Assembly (NCBI GenBank): GCA_020346225.1
Contig: CP070777.1
Location: 2,554,772-2,618,771, forward strand
Source: Candidatus Zixiibacteriota bacterium
GTDB taxonomy: Bacteria > Zixibacteria > MSB-5A5 > GN15 > FEB-12
Direction of reading: 5' to 3'
DNA: 64,000 nt
The first letter of the stretch is position 1. Each line of letters begins with the position of its first letter. Under the pieces are notes generated by a model. The model searched no databases. It worked only from the letters and a program-made list of their open reading frames with translations, and was not told the DNA's origin. A program made the position numbers and the translations under genes. Positions 61,472 to 64,000 of this stretch are shown piece after piece.

Positions 61472-63299
61472 ACTGTTTGTCCAGGTCTTCTCTGCTGATC
61501 CTCACGAATGTGGGACGTCCATGAGGGCAGGAATATTTGTTTTCGCATCGCAGAAGTCGCGTCACCAGATGCCGGGCCTCCTGGTCGGTCAGACTGTCGC
61601 CAGCCATCACCGCCGAACGGCAGGCGATCGTCTGGGCCATGGCTTTGTTCATATCGTAGCCGGCCTTCTTCAGAGACTGGATATCGTCGAGGATTTTGAG
61701 AAAAGTCTCGCCGGGAGACTTTTTGGACAGGACGACGGGGACGGCATCGATGCTTACCGTCCTGCCCCCGAACGGAGCGACACTGAACCCTGAGGCACGG
61801 AGATAGTCGGCCGCCTCATCGAACAGGGCCAGCTGCTGGGGATTGAGTTCAATCTGCACCGGAAAAAGGAGCGTTTGCGCCTGGGCCGATCCTTTCTCAA
61901 TCCTCCGGAGCGTCTCCTCAAAGAGGACGCGCTCATGGGCGGTGTGCTGATCGACCACATACAGGTCTTCACCCAGCTGAAACAGAAGGTACAGATCCGA
62001 CAGCCTGCCGACCAGGCGCAGGCCGTCGGCCAACTCTCCCGCCCGCTGTGAATCATCAGCCGGGCCGAGAACCTCGCCGGTGGCGGTATCTACGCTGACA
62101 TTATCAGCGGGCGGTCCTGTCTCACTCTCCGCCTCGGCCCGGTACAACTCGGCCAGCGTACGCTGACTGACGACCTCGCCCGAGGCCGCCCCGGGGACAA
62201 AGGCGGCATTGCCCGGTACCGGCCGGCCACCGGGCAGGAGTGGCGGTTTCCCGGCGGGGGATACGGCGTCGGTTGAGATGCTCTTGAGCGAAGGCACGAG
62301 ACCGGCCTCAAGCAGTGACTCCCTGACTATCCGAAGGAGAGCGTCGTGTACCTCGCGTTCCCGCGAGAGCCGCACTTCCGCCTTGGTCGGATGAACGTTG
62401 ACATCCACTTCACCGGTGTCAACAGTAAGCAACAGGGCGCCGACGGGGTAACTGCCTTTGGGAATCAGCTCCCCGTAGGCGGCCACAAAGCCGTGGGCCA
62501 GCACCGGTGAGAAGATGTATCGCGTATTGATGAAGATAAACTGGCCGTGCCGATTGCTCTGCACCAGTTCGGGCGGGCCCACATAGCCCGAGACTTTCAG
62601 GGTTCCGGCTTCGCCCTGCACTTCTATCAGGCTTTTACCGGCGGCAAGAACGGCGGCCACCCGGTCACCGAGGGATGACTTCTCCGTCAGAGCGAGCACC
62701 TTACGACCATTCAGACTATAGGAAAAAGCCAGATCGGGTCGGCCGATTGCAAGACCCATGACGGTGCGGGAAATGTGGCGGGCTTCGGTAGCCTCGGCCC
62801 GCAGAAACTTGCGCCTTGCGGGCGTATTGAAAAACAGATTCTCGACCTCAATGGCGGTTCCCGGCGGAGCCGCCAGCGGCTGTTTGGACTGAAGCACACC
62901 ACCCTCATAGATGATCTCCGTCCCGGCGGTAGCGCCGGCGGTGCGCGTAACCAGACGCAGGCGCGAAACGGACGCCACCGAAGGCAGCGCCTCGCCGCGG
63001 AAGCCATATGAATACAGGTTGTTCAGGTCATCAAAACTGCGGATTTTGGAAGTAGCGTGCCGGGCGAAGGCTACCTCCACCTGTTCCTCACTTATGCCGC
63101 AGCCATTGTCGATGATGCGGATCAGGCTGGTGCCGGAATCCTCAACGATGATGTCGATTCTGGTGGCGCCGGCATCGATCGAATTCTCGACGAGTTCCTT
63201 GACGACGGCGGCGGGCCGCTCGATGACCTCGCCGGCCGCAATCTTGTTGATGACGCGCTCCGGGAGCGGGCGAATCCAGTTCTGTTCAGGCGCGGTCAC
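61458..63299 (-). CDS. mutL: DNA mismatch repair protein MutL
   Basis: GHKL ATPase N-terminus (VINKIAAGEVIERPAAVVKELVENSIDAG) and a C-terminal dimerisation domain containing CPHGRPT. Confidence 0.93.
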   Translation of the reverse strand: MTAPEQNWIRPLPERVINKIAAGEVIERPAAVVKELVENSIDAGATRIDIIVEDSGTSLIRIIDNGCGISEEQVEVAFARHATSKIRSFDDLNNLYSYGFRGEALPSVASVSRLRLVTRTAGATAGTEIIYEGGVLQSKQPLAAPPGTAIEVENLFFNTPARRKFLRAEATEARHISRTVMGLAIGRPDLAFSYSLNGRKVLALTEKSSLGDRVAAVLAAGKSLIEVQGEAGTLKVSGYVGPPELVQSNRHGQFIFINTRYIFSPVLAHGFVAAYGELIPKGSYPVGALLLTVDTGEVDVNVHPTKAEVRLSREREVHDALLRIVRESLLEAGLVPSLKSISTDAVSPAGKPPLLPGGRPVPGNAAFVPGAASGEVVSQRTLAELYRAEAESETGPPADNVSVDTATGEVLGPADDSQRAGELADGLRLVGRLSDLYLLFQLGEDLYVVDQHTAHERVLFEETLRRIEKGSAQAQTLLFPVQIELNPQQLALFDEAADYLRASGFSVAPFGGRTVSIDAVPVVLSKKSPGETFLKILDDIQSLKKAGYDMNKAMAQTIACRSAVMAGDSLTDQEARHLVTRLLRCENKYSCPHGRPTFVRISREDLDKQFGRT

Positions 63300-63305
63300 G
63301 GTCGA

Positions 63306-64000
63306 CTACTCCAGCTCCTGTTTGAGTTGTTTCAGAAGATTCATGGCCTCCATGGGTGTCAGGTGGTCAAGCTCCAGCTCCCTTATTCTCTGCTCGACAT
63401 CGGAGGACTTTCTATCGAAGAGACTCGGCTGGACGCGGTCCTTGTAGATGCCGCGAGCCAATTCGCTCTGCGTAAATTTACCTGACTCCAGAAGGCGCAG
63501 GATTTGCCGTGCTCGCGAGAGGGTGCCGCCGGGCACACCGGCCAGCCTGGCCACCTCTATACCGTAAGAATCATCGCAGCCGCCGGGTATGATCTGGTGC
63601 AGGAAGATGATCTTGTTCTGCCACTTTTTTACGGCCACCTGGTAATTGCGGACGCGCTCGTAGATGTCGGCCATTCCCGTCAGTTCGTGGTAATGGGTGG
63701 CAAAGACGGTCCGCGCTTTGCTTCCGTCGTTGATATGCTCGACCACCGCCCAGGCCACCGACAGTCCGTCGAAAGTGGACGTTCCCCGGCCGACCTCATC
63801 GAGCAGGATCAGAGAACGGCCGGTGGCGTTATGAAGAATGTTGGCGGTTTCTATCATCTCGACCAGAAATGTCGACTGGCCGCGGGCCAGGTTGTCGAGC
63901 GCCCCCACCCGTGTGAAGACACGGTCAACGAGGCCGATCTCGGCCTTGTCGGCCGGCACCCACGAGCCGATCTGGGCCATGATAACGATCAACCCGATCT
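63306..64000 (-). CDS. mutS: DNA mismatch repair protein MutS, C-terminal part (5' end outside the window)
   Basis: [14 protein letters not shown] and [22 protein letters not shown] (Walker B region). The frame stays open to the window edge. Confidence 0.93.
   Translation of the reverse strand, partial: IGLIVIMAQIGSWVPADKAEIGLVDRVFTRVGALDNLARGQSTFLVEMIETANILHNATGRSLILLDEVGRGTSTFDGLSVAWAVVEHINDGSKARTVFATHYHELTGMADIYERVRNYQVAVKKWQNKIIFLHQIIPGGCDDSYGIEVARLAGVPGGTLSRARQILRLLESGKFTQSELARGIYKDRVQPSLFDRKSSDVEQRIRELELDHLTPMEAMNLLKQLKQELE

Noticed and set aside
1-64000. A search by eye for CRISPR arrays, tRNA or rRNA genes, IS elements with terminal inverted repeats, integrases, reverse transcriptases, toxin-antitoxin pairs and known defence genes.
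   Set aside because: None was found. No spacer-repeat periodicity, no cloverleaf-like conserved tRNA boxes in intergenic DNA, and no ORF with the corresponding catalytic motifs. A tRNAscan/Infernal/PADLOC run would be needed to be certain.

Overview
GC-rich chromosomal segment with about 58 protein-coding genes. I found no rRNA, tRNA, CRISPR array, transposase, integrase or recognisable defence gene. All calls rest on motif recognition in the supplied translations and on hand inspection of intergenic DNA; no search or folding program was run.

Layout:
- 1-3.4 kb: a PorV/FadL-like outer-membrane barrel, followed by an M6 metalloprotease with a T9SS-type C-terminal sorting tail.
- 3.4-5.5 kb: a zinc-ribbon protein and an Omp85-family barrel.
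- 5.7-13.5 kb: a compact type IV pilus / type II secretion-like cluster. It contains the ATPase, the platform protein, two (pseudo)pilins, a PilM-PilN fusion, PilO-like and PilP-like proteins, and a secretin.
- 13.5-15.1 kb: a DoxX/MauE plus rhodanese pair, then a lower-GC 630-bp gap holding one 60-aa ORF.
- 15.1-21.2 kb: a sigma-r4-like HTH protein, a coiled-coil membrane protein, and an envelope glycosylation block (flippase-like protein, GT4, DUF2723+TPR).
- 21.3-25.4 kb: nusB and ribH-ribBA-ribE-ribD behind a textbook FMN riboswitch.
- 25.5-29.7 kb: two GAF-rich signalling proteins.
- 30-34.7 kb: a lipoprotein, a type-2 RNase H, efp, an NtrB-like kinase and pilD.
- 34.7-41.2 kb: hrcA-grpE-dnaK-dnaJ-prmA-rsmE with a CIRCE-like operator.
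- 41.3-45.6 kb: an NtrC-type sigma-54 activator next to a sigma-54 promoter. The promoter drives three secreted proteins of unknown function.
- 45.7-56.5 kb: an OMP, a methyltransferase, a dockerin-tailed M14 carboxypeptidase, purD-purE, a TPR protein, a triple-repeat secreted protein, and a 7-repeat propeller/BACON/cohesin-like T9SS-tailed protein.
- 56.6-64 kb: an unlisted 31-aa bS22-like micro-ORF, HU, sppA, a LysM lytic transglycosylase, miaA, mutL and the 3' end of mutS.

The T9SS tails and the bS22-like peptide suggest an FCB-superphylum-like Gram-negative organism; this is inference only.

The most system-like candidate for something undescribed is the sigma-54/bEBP-controlled secreted trio at 41.3-45.6 kb. 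A possible cohesin-dockerin surface display pair at 47.5-56.4 kb comes second. Nothing here is demonstrably novel without database searches.
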